Of a stretch of DNA of 64,000 nucleotides, positions 9,667 to 20,331 are shown piece after piece. The notes under the pieces are model-generated. The model saw nothing but the letters and a program-made list of their open reading frames with translations, ran no database searches and had not been told where the DNA came from. The position numbers were made by a program, and so were the translations under genes. This stretch comes from an uncultured Candidatus Bathyarchaeia archaeon (GTDB lineage: Archaea; Thermoproteota; Bathyarchaeia; Bathyarchaeales; Bathyarchaeaceae): the NCBI GenBank assembly GCA_964623205.1, contig CAZUQX010000007.1:12665-76664 (forward strand), in the 5' to 3' direction. Position 1 is the first letter of the stretch; each line of letters begins with the position of its first letter.

Positions 9667-10998
9667 TCAGTATCCTATTCCTTCGTGAAGGGTTCTGGGC
9701 GATATTTCATTGGCTATATTTTCTTTGAGAATCTTCTTTGCCTCTTCAGTTTTGGTTGTTTGGCCGAGGGTCCACATTAGTTTCACGAGGGCTGTTTCAG
9801 GAAGCATATCTTCTAGTGAGAGAACTCCCATGGCTAGGAGGTCTCTGCCCTGATCGTAAACGTTCATGTCTAAGCGTCCCCAGATGCACTGGGAAGTCAT
9901 GGCAACAACCACATCCTTTTCAATAGCCCTCTGAATGGCTGAAAAACAGTAGTTTCCCACATGACCCAGTCCAGTGCCCTCGAGTATTATTCCTCTATAG
10001 GCATTCTCAACATACCAATCTATGATCTGGGGGTTCAGGTCTGGATGAAACTTGACTAGGGCGACTCTCTCGTTGAAAGTTGGTTTCAGGTTTAGTTTTC
10101 GCTTAGGATCCCGTTTCCTGTAGTTTTTGATTAGCATTGTGATCTTATTGTCTTCCACTCTGGCTAGAGGCGATTCGTTTATGGATTTGAAGGTGTCTCT
10201 GCGGCTTGTGTGACATTTTCGTACCTTGCTTCCTCTGTGAAAAACTATTGATTTGTCTGAAACCGTTTCATGCATGGCAACCACAACCTCTGCGAAAGGA
10301 GCATTTGCAGCAGCTCTTACGGCTCCCAACAAGTTGGTTGCAGCATCTGAACTGGGGCGATCCGCTGACCTTTGGGAAGCCACCATTATCACGGGCACCG
10401 GCAGGTCTTGAAGAGCAAAACTCAAAGCCGCAGCGGTATATCCTAAGGTGTCGGTTCCATGAGCCACCACAACTCCGGCTACGCCATTTTTGATATGTTT
10501 GGCAACGGTTTTGGCAGTTTTAATCCAGTGTTTTGATGTGATGTTTTCGCTGTAGACGCTGAAGAGAATCTCTGTGTCCACCACGGCTATCTCTGAGAGT
10601 TCCGGAACCACGCTGTAGAGGTCGCTTGCAGAGAGGGCTGGACGCACTCCTCCTGTTCTGTAGTCAACTCGGCTGGCTATGGTGCCTCCGGTGCTAACGA
10701 TAGCTACCTTAGGCAATCCTTTCTTGTGTTTTGGAAGAGGCGGAGGCGTGAATGTTGGTTTGACTCCCTCCCCAACCTTTTCTATCCGTGTTGTGGACTC
10801 GATGCGGACTCCGACGTTGTAGCCGCTCTTCAGTTTGATTATAATGTGCTTTTCGTCCCCAAACTCTGATCTGGGAATAAGAATGCCTTCCCAGTTTTCC
10901 CCGTCTTTGGTGACGCGGATCACATCTCCGATTTCGGCCCCCACCTTCTTCAAAAACTTTAATGCTTGGCCTCTATAGCCCGGAAACTCCTCACTCAA
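9667..10998 (-). CDS. gatD: Glu-tRNA(Gln) amidotransferase subunit D (asparaginase-like)
   Basis: 443 aa. STGGTIAS and HGTDTLGYTAAALSF are asparaginase signatures. An N-terminal GatD-specific domain is present. Confidence 0.9.
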   Translation of the reverse strand: MSEEFPGYRGQALKFLKKVGAEIGDVIRVTKDGENWEGILIPRSEFGDEKHIIIKLKSGYNVGVRIESTTRIEKVGEGVKPTFTPPPLPKHKKGLPKVAIVSTGGTIASRVDYRTGGVRPALSASDLYSVVPELSEIAVVDTEILFSVYSENITSKHWIKTAKTVAKHIKNGVAGVVVAHGTDTLGYTAAALSFALQDLPVPVIMVASQRSADRPSSDAATNLLGAVRAAANAPFAEVVVAMHETVSDKSIVFHRGSKVRKCHTSRRDTFKSINESPLARVEDNKITMLIKNYRKRDPKRKLNLKPTFNERVALVKFHPDLNPQIIDWYVENAYRGIILEGTGLGHVGNYCFSAIQRAIEKDVVVAMTSQCIWGRLDMNVYDQGRDLLAMGVLSLEDMLPETALVKLMWTLGQTTKTEEAKKILKENIANEISPRTLHEGIGY

Positions 10999-11078
10999 GC
11001 CCGTTTTCTCCTCTTCATCCCTTCAGATACACTTACTGAAAACATCTTCCAATTACTTGGACCTGTTTATTAAAAGCT

Positions 11079-12668
11079 TTAGCTGAGATGTTTGGAGACG
11101 TATGGTCCGTCGTAGTCGTAGCCGAAGCGCCTGTAATATTGTTTTGTTCCAAGAGCGCTTGTAACAACAATCTTGTTTCGTTTGTAGTCTTCCAGAGCGA
11201 TTCGTTCAGCTTCAGACAAAAGAATATTTCCATAGCCTTTGTGTTGCCACGCCTTAGCTAGATGTCTTCCAACAGGAACCAAGGGACCGTACACCCGGAG
11301 TTCACGAACTATCGCTGTGGTTTCAGGAAGAATTTCTGGTCTCCAGGCTTTGTCTGACGGAATGCGTAATCGTATGTAACCAACCAAAACATCATTAACA
11401 GGGTCCTCAGCAGAAATGAAAAGCTCTTCGCCCTCAGAAGCCTCTTCTGTGACTGTTCGAATCTCAATTTTGTCTGGGTCAGGCTTTACTTTGTCGTTCA
11501 GCCATCTGTGCCCCACTTCCCTGCATCTTATGCATCGGCATCGCATCCCTTCTTCATTGAGTCTTTCCTGAACAATTTGCCTGAGGTTGCTGCGGTTCAC
11601 TCCCGCCTCAATCAGATAGGCGGGTATGTCCCTCTGAACCCTCATAATCCTGACCCAAGGAGGAAGTATCTTCTTTGCCTCCACGATTAGCTGAGCCGCC
11701 TCCTCTGTGCTGTAAGGGCGATATTCTCCCTTCTTCCACCAGCTGTAAACCTTGGTTCCTTCAAGAACTAGACAGGGATAAATTTTGATCATGTCCGGCT
11801 TGAACGAAGGATTTGAGAATATCTCCTGAAAGCCTTTTAGGTCACGTTCGAAGCTTGAGCCGGGTAAGCCGGGCATAAGGTGATAAACTATCTTCAAGCC
11901 AGCGTCCTTCAGCGTGCGGGTGGCTTCTATGACGTCCTGAATTCGGTGGCTTCTGTTAACCCGCTCGTAGATGTCGTCATAAATGTTCTGGACTCCCAGT
12001 TCTACTCGGGTTACGCCCATGGAGAGCATATGGTTAATATGTTCTTTTTTTGCCCAGTCTGGCCTTGTTTCAACGGTAATTCCGACGTTGCGAATTCTAC
12101 TGGTCTCAGCCTCTCTTTTCGCTTCTTCCAGAGAAGCCGATTCTGTTTCAGTGACGGCGTTCAAGCATTGCCTAACAAAATTTTCTTGGTAGTCTAGGGG
12201 CGTGCTAGGGAAGGTTCCGCCCATTATGATGAGTTCCACTTTGTCAACCTGGTGTCCTATGGCCTCCAGCTGTTCGATTCGCTTTTTAACCTGCTCGTAG
12301 GGGCTATACTCGTTTTGTATCCCTCTCATGGCAGCGGGTTCATGACCTGTATAGCTTTGGGGAACACCGTAAGATGGACCGCCGGGGCAGTAGGCGCATG
12401 GTTCTTCTTGGGGGCAAGGGAAGGGTTCTGTCATTACAGCGACTATGGTTACTCCGGAGATTGTGCGAACAATCTTTCTTCGGAGGATAGGGAGCAGTTT
12501 GGCTCTCTCTTCAGGTTTGAGAAGGCGTATTATATTGGAGTTGGAGGGAACTTTTCCTAGGCTGTGTTCTCCGGCAACCTTTATCTTAACATAGTCGACA
12601 TCCCTCTTTGTGGGGTTGGGAATCTCCATTAGACGTTGAATGATCGCTCTGTAGGCGTCTCCGCTCAT
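11079..12668 (-). CDS. elp3: Elp3-type radical SAM / GNAT tRNA U34 modification enzyme
   Basis: 529 aa. A Cys-rich radical SAM region (PCPQEEPCAYCPGG) is followed by a C-terminal GNAT (WQHKGYGNILLSEAERIA). Confidence 0.85.
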   Translation of the reverse strand: MSGDAYRAIIQRLMEIPNPTKRDVDYVKIKVAGEHSLGKVPSNSNIIRLLKPEERAKLLPILRRKIVRTISGVTIVAVMTEPFPCPQEEPCAYCPGGPSYGVPQSYTGHEPAAMRGIQNEYSPYEQVKKRIEQLEAIGHQVDKVELIIMGGTFPSTPLDYQENFVRQCLNAVTETESASLEEAKREAETSRIRNVGITVETRPDWAKKEHINHMLSMGVTRVELGVQNIYDDIYERVNRSHRIQDVIEATRTLKDAGLKIVYHLMPGLPGSSFERDLKGFQEIFSNPSFKPDMIKIYPCLVLEGTKVYSWWKKGEYRPYSTEEAAQLIVEAKKILPPWVRIMRVQRDIPAYLIEAGVNRSNLRQIVQERLNEEGMRCRCIRCREVGHRWLNDKVKPDPDKIEIRTVTEEASEGEELFISAEDPVNDVLVGYIRLRIPSDKAWRPEILPETTAIVRELRVYGPLVPVGRHLAKAWQHKGYGNILLSEAERIALEDYKRNKIVVTSALGTKQYYRRFGYDYDGPYVSKHLS

Positions 12669-12711
12669 CAGTTTTCATCTACAAAATATGCATGAAAGCT
12701 TTTAGATAAGT

Positions 12712-13281
12712 CTACACCTCTTCCTGAAGGTTTGTGCATATCACAACATGCCCTTTCAGGCGCTCACCAGTCTTCAGAGTGGATACTTTTAACCGTGCCC
12801 GCTTAAGGAGGTTAGCGAAGCTGTCCGTCGTGAACTTCTTTTTCAGTCCAGTTACGACGAAGAGTGCTTCAGGTTTACTGACTCGTTTCATTTCCAAGAT
12901 AGTTTTCGTGGGGTTCGGCATGTTTTGTAGGAGAGTTATAGCGAAGACTCGGTCAAAGATGTGGCTTGGGAAGGGCGTATTGTCTGCGTCTGCACAGATA
13001 AGTCCTGTATTAGACAGGCTTTTCATGCGTTTTTTTGCTTCTTGAAGAAGTTTTGAAGAGATGTCTAGTCCCACAAGGAGGTTGGTTGTCTCGTTGATGT
13101 GTTGAAAGAGGAATCCTGTTCCGCATCCCATATCGAGGACAAGATCGTTTGACCCGAGCTCCATGCTGTTTAAGGCGTCTTCTATTTTGGCATTCTGTTC
13201 CTCCAGGTATTGGGCATCATAAACCTTGGCTTGATGGTCGTAGTGACGCATAGTTCTGCGCTTTTCGTTCCATTCCCGCAT
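12712..13281 (-). CDS. Class I SAM-dependent methyltransferase
   Basis: 189 aa. VLDMGCGTG motif I, LVGLDIS motif II, and FDRVFAITLLQNMPNP. Confidence 0.75.
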   Translation of the reverse strand: MREWNEKRRTMRHYDHQAKVYDAQYLEEQNAKIEDALNSMELGSNDLVLDMGCGTGFLFQHINETTNLLVGLDISSKLLQEAKKRMKSLSNTGLICADADNTPFPSHIFDRVFAITLLQNMPNPTKTILEMKRVSKPEALFVVTGLKKKFTTDSFANLLKRARLKVSTLKTGERLKGHVVICTNLQEEV

Positions 13282-13335
13282 GCTTCTCAGAAGTTTTATC
13301 TATGTTCACACTTCTAAAGATTGTTGGCGGTCTAA

Positions 13336-14121
13336 ATGCCCAGCCATAAACCAGTCATTACACTAGAAAATCCAAGTGTCGAGCAGGCAGCCAAATTCAT
13401 CAGAGAGGCTGTTTCGGAGCGGAAGGCTGTGATTCTGGTAGGTAACTGCTGGGTAGACTACAAGGGACGGGCAAGCTCAAAACTGGAGCCCGGAGAGCGC
13501 ATTGTTTTGATCAAGGAGGACGGTTCAGTTTTGGTTCACCGACCAGTAGGTTACGAGCCTGTTAACTGGCAGCCCGCCGGATGCCTATTTCAAATCCGTG
13601 CCATCGGAGATATTCTGCGGGTTCGAGCTAGCCGCAGGAAACCCTCCGAGTCGGTTAGTATATCTTTCGATTGTGTTTACCTTCTTTCCGCTATGAGCTT
13701 GGTTGACCGGGGAGAATTTTCTCTTCACGCCAGTGAGGGGGACATGCAGAGGGCGATTCTGATGGATCCATCAATTTTGGAATCTGGGTTCGAGCCCATC
13801 TCTTATGAGAAGAAGGTTGAGCCCGGGTTTGTGGATGTGTATGGTGTCGACAGAGATGGAAAGCTTGTGGTTGTGGAGATCAAACGAAAGACTGCTGGAA
13901 GGGATGCAGCATTACAGCTGGCGAAGTATGTTGACTTCATCAAGACAACCGTGAACAGGGAAATTAGGGGCGTCCTTGTGGCTCCTCGCCTAGCTAAAGG
14001 CGTTCAGAGACTGCTGGCTACTTTGGGACTTGAGTTTAAAGCCTTGGCACCTAAGAAATGTGCGGAGACCTTGCGAAGATCAGAGACCCGTAAACTTGCA
14101 GATTTTTTTGTGAAAAAGTAA
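13336..14121 (+). CDS. nucS: Endonuclease NucS (EndoMS)
   Basis: 261 aa. The C-terminal RecB-like nuclease has VDVYGVDRDGKLVVVEIKRK (D...E-x-K). The N-terminal half-barrel domain length fits NucS. Confidence 0.85.
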   Translation: MPSHKPVITLENPSVEQAAKFIREAVSERKAVILVGNCWVDYKGRASSKLEPGERIVLIKEDGSVLVHRPVGYEPVNWQPAGCLFQIRAIGDILRVRASRRKPSESVSISFDCVYLLSAMSLVDRGEFSLHASEGDMQRAILMDPSILESGFEPISYEKKVEPGFVDVYGVDRDGKLVVVEIKRKTAGRDAALQLAKYVDFIKTTVNREIRGVLVAPRLAKGVQRLLATLGLEFKALAPKKCAETLRRSETRKLADFFVKK

Positions 14122-14151
14122 CTTCTTGCAAGAGATTTTCCAACAATTTTG

Positions 14152-14475
14152 TTATCTTACGTAGTACGGGCTCTTGCTTTTTTTCATCTTACTTAGAACG
14201 TTGACTAGAACAAAGTCAAAGTCTTTGCCCCATAAGAGCCATCGTAAACCGTGGTAGAAGCGTAGGTATTCCACTCCTCTTCGGGTGGTTTGATAGAAAT
14301 TCTCGCTTTCTTTCTTCACACTTACCAGTTTCAATGCCACTATGGCGGGCATGTATTTTTCGAGGCTGTCCCTGTCTAAGTCACATCCTACTATGATTTC
14401 CGATTCCTTGGAGCCCAAAGTGGCTACCCGTAGGATGTCAGCGACAACATCAAACTCCTTTCTCTTCTCCGTCAT
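14152..14475 (-). CDS. Small winged-helix DNA-binding protein
   Basis: 107 aa. VADILRVATLGSKESEII...SLEKYMPAIVALKLV...YQTTRRGVEYL is a wHTH pattern. Paralog of 14585..14929. Confidence 0.5.
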   Translation of the reverse strand: MTEKRKEFDVVADILRVATLGSKESEIIVGCDLDRDSLEKYMPAIVALKLVSVKKESENFYQTTRRGVEYLRFYHGLRWLLWGKDFDFVLVNVLSKMKKSKSPYYVR

Positions 14476-14584
14476 CGAAGCACCGCCTGGGCAACTTCAA
14501 ATCTAGACGCTAGACAATTTTAATGATTATTTCAAATACGGTAATATGCCAAAGACGATAGAAGAAACCTCTAGTCGAGCAGTC

Positions 14585-14929
14585 CTAGCTTACGTAAAAC
14601 GGATGATTCTCCTTCCCTTTCATCTTTCCTAGAAGGCGCATCAAGAGGAAATCGTTGTCCTTGCCCAATAGAAGCCATCTCAGCTTATGATAAGTGTTGA
14701 GGAAATCTAATCCTTTCTTGGTTGTTCGATAGCGCATCTCATCTTTATCTTCCATAGTCAGCAGATTCAATTCTGCTAGAGCTGATAGATAATTGTCCAA
14801 AGCCGTGGAATCCAACTTGCATCGGTCCATAATCTCGCCTTCCTTAGAGCCTTTGGCTGCCACTCGCAAGATTTCCGCAATGACCTTAACTTCGTCTTTT
14901 CTTCCCGTCTTAAAGCACCACCATAGCAC
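14585..14929 (-). CDS. Small winged-helix DNA-binding protein (paralog)
   Basis: 114 aa, colinear with the 14152 protein, including the shared tail LRWLLLGKDNDF...GKMKGK..PFYV. Confidence 0.5.
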   Translation of the reverse strand: MLWWCFKTGRKDEVKVIAEILRVAAKGSKEGEIMDRCKLDSTALDNYLSALAELNLLTMEDKDEMRYRTTKKGLDFLNTYHKLRWLLLGKDNDFLLMRLLGKMKGKENHPFYVS

Positions 14930-15282
14930 TATTGTTTATTGAACATGATTGACTTGTAGGCATTTTAATGGTTATTTCAGTTCCGCCAATAATGAACTAA
15001 CAGATAGTAAAAAATTCTAGAACACAACGCATTTCAAATTAGAACAGCATAACAACGCAACATCAGGAACATAATTTCTGAAAAACACCTATTTCTTGAA
15101 GTAATCTGTGATAATTGCTGTCCAGAACATAAGAAACTAGAGCAGACGACATTAAAATCCCTCGGCTACGAAGAAAATTGGCTTAGTCAAGGTTTCTTGA
15201 CTAAACGAATAACGCATCGATTATATTTTTGGTCAAGATTTCTTGACAAAAACACTTTTCTGTTCTATTAAGTAGTGTATTA

Positions 15283-16350
15283 TTGGTGCCCATGTTGGGA
15301 GATAGACGGGCAACTCTCCTTGTATTTCTGGTTCTCTGTTGCATATTGGTTAGTATGCCTAACATTATCGTAGTTAAGGCAGCTGAGGATTCTTGGGCAA
15401 CTATGGAGCCAATGCCTACGGCTAGGAGTAGTCTTGGGGTTGCTGTTGTGGATGGTAAGATTTATGGTATTGGAGGTTTCAATGGCAGTTTTCTGGGCAC
15501 TAACGAGATGTATGATCCTGCTACAGATACGTGGGTGACAAAAACGCCAATGCCAACGCCTAGATGCAATTTCGCCATTGCTGTTCATCAAAATAAAATA
15601 TTCGTCATAGGAGGAACTATAGGTCCAATGGTTGATACAGGGGTGAACGAGGTTTATGATACTATAACGGACACTTGGGAAACCAAAAGTGGCATGTCAG
15701 TGACAAGAAAGGGATCATGTGCAAACGTTGTTAATGACAAAATATATCTGATAGGCGGTGTACAAACGGGGATCCCGCCTTTTCGTGTTACCGGTGAAAC
15801 CAGAGTTTATCACATTTCAAATGATTCTTGGACCACCAATACACCCATACCAACTCCTGTTTCTAATTACGCATCTGCAGTCAGCGACAATAAAGTATAC
15901 ATAATTAGCGGTCATTTAGATTCAGGCACTGATTGTAACTTGACTCAAATTTATGAGCCTGCAACTGACACGTGGAGTTACGGCACGCCTCTTCCTGTTG
16001 CTATTTTTGGGGCATCTGCAGGAGCTACTTCTGGCGTCTTGGCTCCAAAACGATTCCATTTGCTATATTGGGATATTCAGTATGTTTATGACCCCGAAAA
16101 CTCCACATGGACTAGCGGCACTCCAATGTTAACCGCTCGTTATGGCGCAGGGGTCGCAGTGGTAAATGATGAAATATACGTCATTGGCGGATCCGACGGT
16201 GAAACTTACCGAAACGAGAATGAAAAATATACTCCAGCAGGCTATATCCCAGAGTTTCCATCATGGATAATTCTACCACTATTTTTAGTTATCATGTTAT
16301 TTGCAATAATCATCAGAACGAAAATATTCGCTGATTCTTCTCTGAAATAG
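15283..16350 (+). CDS. Secreted Kelch-repeat beta-propeller protein with PEF-CTERM-type C-terminal sorting signal
   Basis: N-terminal signal/TM (LLVFLVLCCILV). About 6-7 repeats of W...MP..R......KIY.IGG. C-terminus YIPEFPSWIILPLFLVIMLFAIIIRTKIF has P-E-F, a TM helix and basic residues. Confidence 0.75.
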   Translation: MVPMLGDRRATLLVFLVLCCILVSMPNIIVVKAAEDSWATMEPMPTARSSLGVAVVDGKIYGIGGFNGSFLGTNEMYDPATDTWVTKTPMPTPRCNFAIAVHQNKIFVIGGTIGPMVDTGVNEVYDTITDTWETKSGMSVTRKGSCANVVNDKIYLIGGVQTGIPPFRVTGETRVYHISNDSWTTNTPIPTPVSNYASAVSDNKVYIISGHLDSGTDCNLTQIYEPATDTWSYGTPLPVAIFGASAGATSGVLAPKRFHLLYWDIQYVYDPENSTWTSGTPMLTARYGAGVAVVNDEIYVIGGSDGETYRNENEKYTPAGYIPEFPSWIILPLFLVIMLFAIIIRTKIFADSSLK

Positions 16351-17703
16351 AGCGTTCCTTAGTAGGCTGCTTCTCTCTATCCATTGTTTCATTGGAATCT
16401 GAAACTGGTTGGCGATGCGGTTCAAAGCTTCATTCAATGTGTTGTATTTTAGCGGTCTTTGCCTGAGGGCGTTTCTCACGTTCTCTCTCACCTGCCAGAC
16501 TCCCACGGGCATGATATAGCCGGGATGCGCCTCTCTCAAAACAACTACCAATGCTTGTCTTCGTTCCTTCATGAGCAACTCTCCAACTGCTAGACGAGCT
16601 GCATAATAGCAGCCTCCAATGCTGGCGTAGGTGGTGCGACCGCCAAAACCTTCCCAATCTGAACACATGACAACATATCTGTCGCTGGGATTCCAAACTG
16701 TACCCGGATACCAAGCTTCCATCGCCTCATAACTCCAGACTCTCGGCATCATCAAAATCTCAAATTTATTGTCCAGATAGCGAGACTCATAGACACGATA
16801 CTCGTTAATTTCAGGAAAAGTCTTAATCTTTTTCATCATATCTTTGGAGATGATGCTGTCCACAGCTGTTATGCTCCAGCGGGTGGGAACCAAGCGTCTC
16901 TGCTCCTTCATTCCAAAGGCGCCCACGCTAAAAGCCCGCTGAATCTTTGTAACTAACGTTCCCTTCTGGAATAGAGTTGTAACGGCTTCGGATGCCTTCA
17001 GGTCATCGTCGAAGTAAGCTTTCTCGATGTGGTGGTCCCACCGAGAGTTTGAGAGCTTCATATTCCTGAGGAGAGCGGAGGGTCCGAAAGGTTGAATCTG
17101 ACTATCAAGAACAAGCGTCTGGGTAGGCTTCTTCTTGAGGGACAATTCAACATCAACTGGATTAATCGACAACGCCAGATCAATTGTCTGATCCATCATC
17201 TTCCCTGCCTCCTCGAACTTTTTCACATTAACTCTGTGCTTTCCTCTTACGAGCAAGGAGCGAAAGCCCACAATTTCATCAATTGACTTTCCAAACCAGA
17301 ATTCGGGTAGGTCATAGAGGCTCGTGTCTTCATGAATTGGAGGAACGAGAGGTCCTGCATAAACGTAAGGATAACCGATTCGACCCACAAAGACCCCGGG
17401 TGGGCAAGCTCCATCCAAATCAGTGCCCTGAAGAAGAGGTGCGGTTTTGAAGTAAGAACGGAACCTGACAACAAGAGGACATCTGGTTTTGCCGCATAGG
17501 AACTTGCCACCTTTGCATGCTGCGCATAGGCTCTTTCCTCGGGCTTTCGTCACCAGCTGGTCTTTGCTGTAGTTTAGGTCTGCGGCGAGGCTGTGATCAT
17601 CTAGAAGCTCCAGAACCCATGGGTTATCCTTCAAAGAAGGCTTGGGTTTCCTCACCTGCCCTATAACTTTGGCGTTTCTCTTTCCTCCAGTTAGTCTTCT
17701 CAT
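16297..17703 (-). CDS. Nre-family (archaeal DNA repair-associated, DUF650/DUF651-like) protein
   Basis: 468 aa. N-terminal Cys cluster CAACKGGKFLCGKTRCP. Size and layout match my recollection of archaeal Nre proteins. The 3' end overlaps the convergent Kelch gene by 54 nt. Confidence 0.55.
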   Translation of the reverse strand: MRRLTGGKRNAKVIGQVRKPKPSLKDNPWVLELLDDHSLAADLNYSKDQLVTKARGKSLCAACKGGKFLCGKTRCPLVVRFRSYFKTAPLLQGTDLDGACPPGVFVGRIGYPYVYAGPLVPPIHEDTSLYDLPEFWFGKSIDEIVGFRSLLVRGKHRVNVKKFEEAGKMMDQTIDLALSINPVDVELSLKKKPTQTLVLDSQIQPFGPSALLRNMKLSNSRWDHHIEKAYFDDDLKASEAVTTLFQKGTLVTKIQRAFSVGAFGMKEQRRLVPTRWSITAVDSIISKDMMKKIKTFPEINEYRVYESRYLDNKFEILMMPRVWSYEAMEAWYPGTVWNPSDRYVVMCSDWEGFGGRTTYASIGGCYYAARLAVGELLMKERRQALVVVLREAHPGYIMPVGVWQVRENVRNALRQRPLKYNTLNEALNRIANQFQIPMKQWIERSSLLRNALFQRRISEYFRSDDYCK

Positions 17704-17958
17704 CTCTGCTCCGCCGGAAAAGATCTGTGATAAGTTTGTTAACGAAGTTAGAAATTCTTTTCTATTCCCCCAACAAATTTTGCCATTTCGACTTGGGTTA
17801 TCGGTTTTTCATGTTTTGTTTCTGATGAGTTGTGTGTGTCTGATTCTGATACCTGCATATTTGTTATATATGAATGGAGAGAATGTATGAAATAGTAAGA
17901 AACCAGACATTATGCCAGCACCCAACACCTGCAAAAAATTCACAGGAGTTAAGACTCA

Positions 17959-18708
17959 ATGATCGTAACGCTCCACTCGTACAAGGGCGGAACAGGAAAG
18001 ACCCTGCTATCCGTGAATTTGGCAATGATTTTAGCCGACAAAGGCAAAAGGGTTTGTCTACTAGATTTAGATCTTCGAGCACCAAGCCTCAACTCTACAT
18101 TCAAAAACGACAAGAAATACTGGCTAAATGACTACCTGAACCGAGCCTGCGAGATCGACAGTGTTCTAACAGACTGCACTCCCAGATATATAAAAAAGGG
18201 AAAATTGTTTGTTGGTTTGGCAGACCCTTCAACAGAAGCTATTCGGGAGATGACATCCAAGGACAGAAAATGGGGAATGGAAGCATTAGGCAGACTGCTA
18301 TCTCTCAAAAACTCTCTCACTAACGATATGAATTTTGATTATGTGATATGTGACTCCAGCCCAGGACTTCAGTACTCATCCATCAACGCCATCGTCGCAG
18401 CCGACATAGTACTAGTAGTAACCTCCATAGACAAGTCGGATGTGGAAGGAACCCAGAGGATGATACATGACCTCTACGACCTCTACGAAAAGAAGACAGG
18501 AATCATAGTTAACAAAGTTCCAGACTCCATCTTATTAGGAAGAATTCCCCTCAAACTCGACCCACACCAGTTACCCATCATCGACCTCATTCCCTGTTCC
18601 TGCGACGTACTCCAATCAGGAGGAGAATACCTTTTCGCTTTTGAAAAAACAGAACATCCCGTAACATACACATTAAGGAAAATAGCCGCGAAAATCGAAC
18701 ACATCTAA
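17959..18708 (+). CDS. MinD/ParA-family P-loop ATPase
   Basis: 249 aa. Deviant Walker A SYKGGTGKT, Walker B-like YVICDSSPG. Confidence 0.8.
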   Translation: MIVTLHSYKGGTGKTLLSVNLAMILADKGKRVCLLDLDLRAPSLNSTFKNDKKYWLNDYLNRACEIDSVLTDCTPRYIKKGKLFVGLADPSTEAIREMTSKDRKWGMEALGRLLSLKNSLTNDMNFDYVICDSSPGLQYSSINAIVAADIVLVVTSIDKSDVEGTQRMIHDLYDLYEKKTGIIVNKVPDSILLGRIPLKLDPHQLPIIDLIPCSCDVLQSGGEYLFAFEKTEHPVTYTLRKIAAKIEHI

Positions 18709-18986
18709 AAAAGTTACCGCCCAAATATAAGGTGACGAAGCGCCAGGTTATCATGGAATCTGAATAAGGAACCGCAGGATTACAAATCTGCTATAGGTTC
18801 TTGTGCCTCTTTTGAAGTTCCAGGCGCATGTGGAGTTCTAATCCAAAACTCCTAAAGCCCATGGATAATTGACCTCTAGGAAATTTTAAGTTAAACCTTT
18901 GAAGGAAAGACAGGGGCGTAATTTCCAGAGGTTAGTGCAGTGTCCTTTCAAATTGAAGTTAAATCTTTAAGTTTCCTATGACATAG

Positions 18987-19691
<705 letters not shown>

Positions 19692-20239
19692 TCTATAAGA
19701 CCGCAGAAAAATGCGGATCATAAAAAACCCCAAGGGTTTGTGGTAATGTAGCGTTTCTTGTTGTATTCGCGTCATTTTCGTCATTTTGTGTCATATCTTA
19801 CGAAAAGATTTATATGTTAGTTTATGATATATTGCTATATATGATATGTCTTAAAAAAGACATATTGTATATGAGTTAAACAGAAGAACTGTAAAACAAA
19901 GCTACAGGGAGGTGAAAGTTACATGAAAAGAATATTTACAACCAATTGGTATTTACACAGAGCGTATTTCCCATCTAACACTCCAAGGCACGAAGCCAAG
20001 AATTGAAAGTTAAAGAAAGGTTTCCATAAATTTCTTCTTAATGTAAAAAAGAGAATTATTCATCTTCAAAATGCTAACAGGTTCTTGATTTATTCATATC
20101 GTGAAGAGTTCTTTTCAGGTCTAAAAGATGGTTCCTCTGTTTATAGTCAAGTTATTGCAAAAGGCCGTGTGCAAATCCATAAAGATGTTAAAATCATGAG
20201 TAAAGTTCAGTAATTCGATTGTAGTTTTTGAGCTTAGGC

Positions 20240-20331
20240 GGGATTGACAACCTTTATATCTTCTGTTCTGGCTTCATTCCCTTCTAACGGGATTAAATCA
20301 GTTGACCTTAACAGACCTTAAGGGATTGACA
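20240..20331 (+). promoter_or_regulatory. Repeated GGGATTGACA / GGGATT..GTTGAC motifs plus TATA-like box upstream of the DUF89-glycogen gene string
   Basis: GGGATTGACA occurs at 20240-20249, followed by CCTTTATATC, and again at 20322-20331. GGGATTaaatcaGTTGAC occurs at about 20288-20307. Confidence 0.3.

Noticed and set aside
16297-16350. The 54-nt 3'-3' overlap between the Kelch gene and the Nre-like gene, considered as a possible antisense regulatory arrangement.
   Set aside because: Convergent overlaps of this size are common in compact archaeal genomes. The last residues of the Nre-like ORF are unconserved-looking, so the overlap may just reflect chance extension to the next stop.
20085-20210. 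A short frame ending ...SSVYSQVIAKGRVQIHKDVKIMSKVQ that resembles the start of an AbrB/SpoVT-type (VapB-like) DNA-binding domain.
   Set aside because: Only a TTG start is available. The domain would be truncated after about one strand-turn-strand, and there is no partner toxin gene. It could be a gene remnant, but the evidence is too thin to call.
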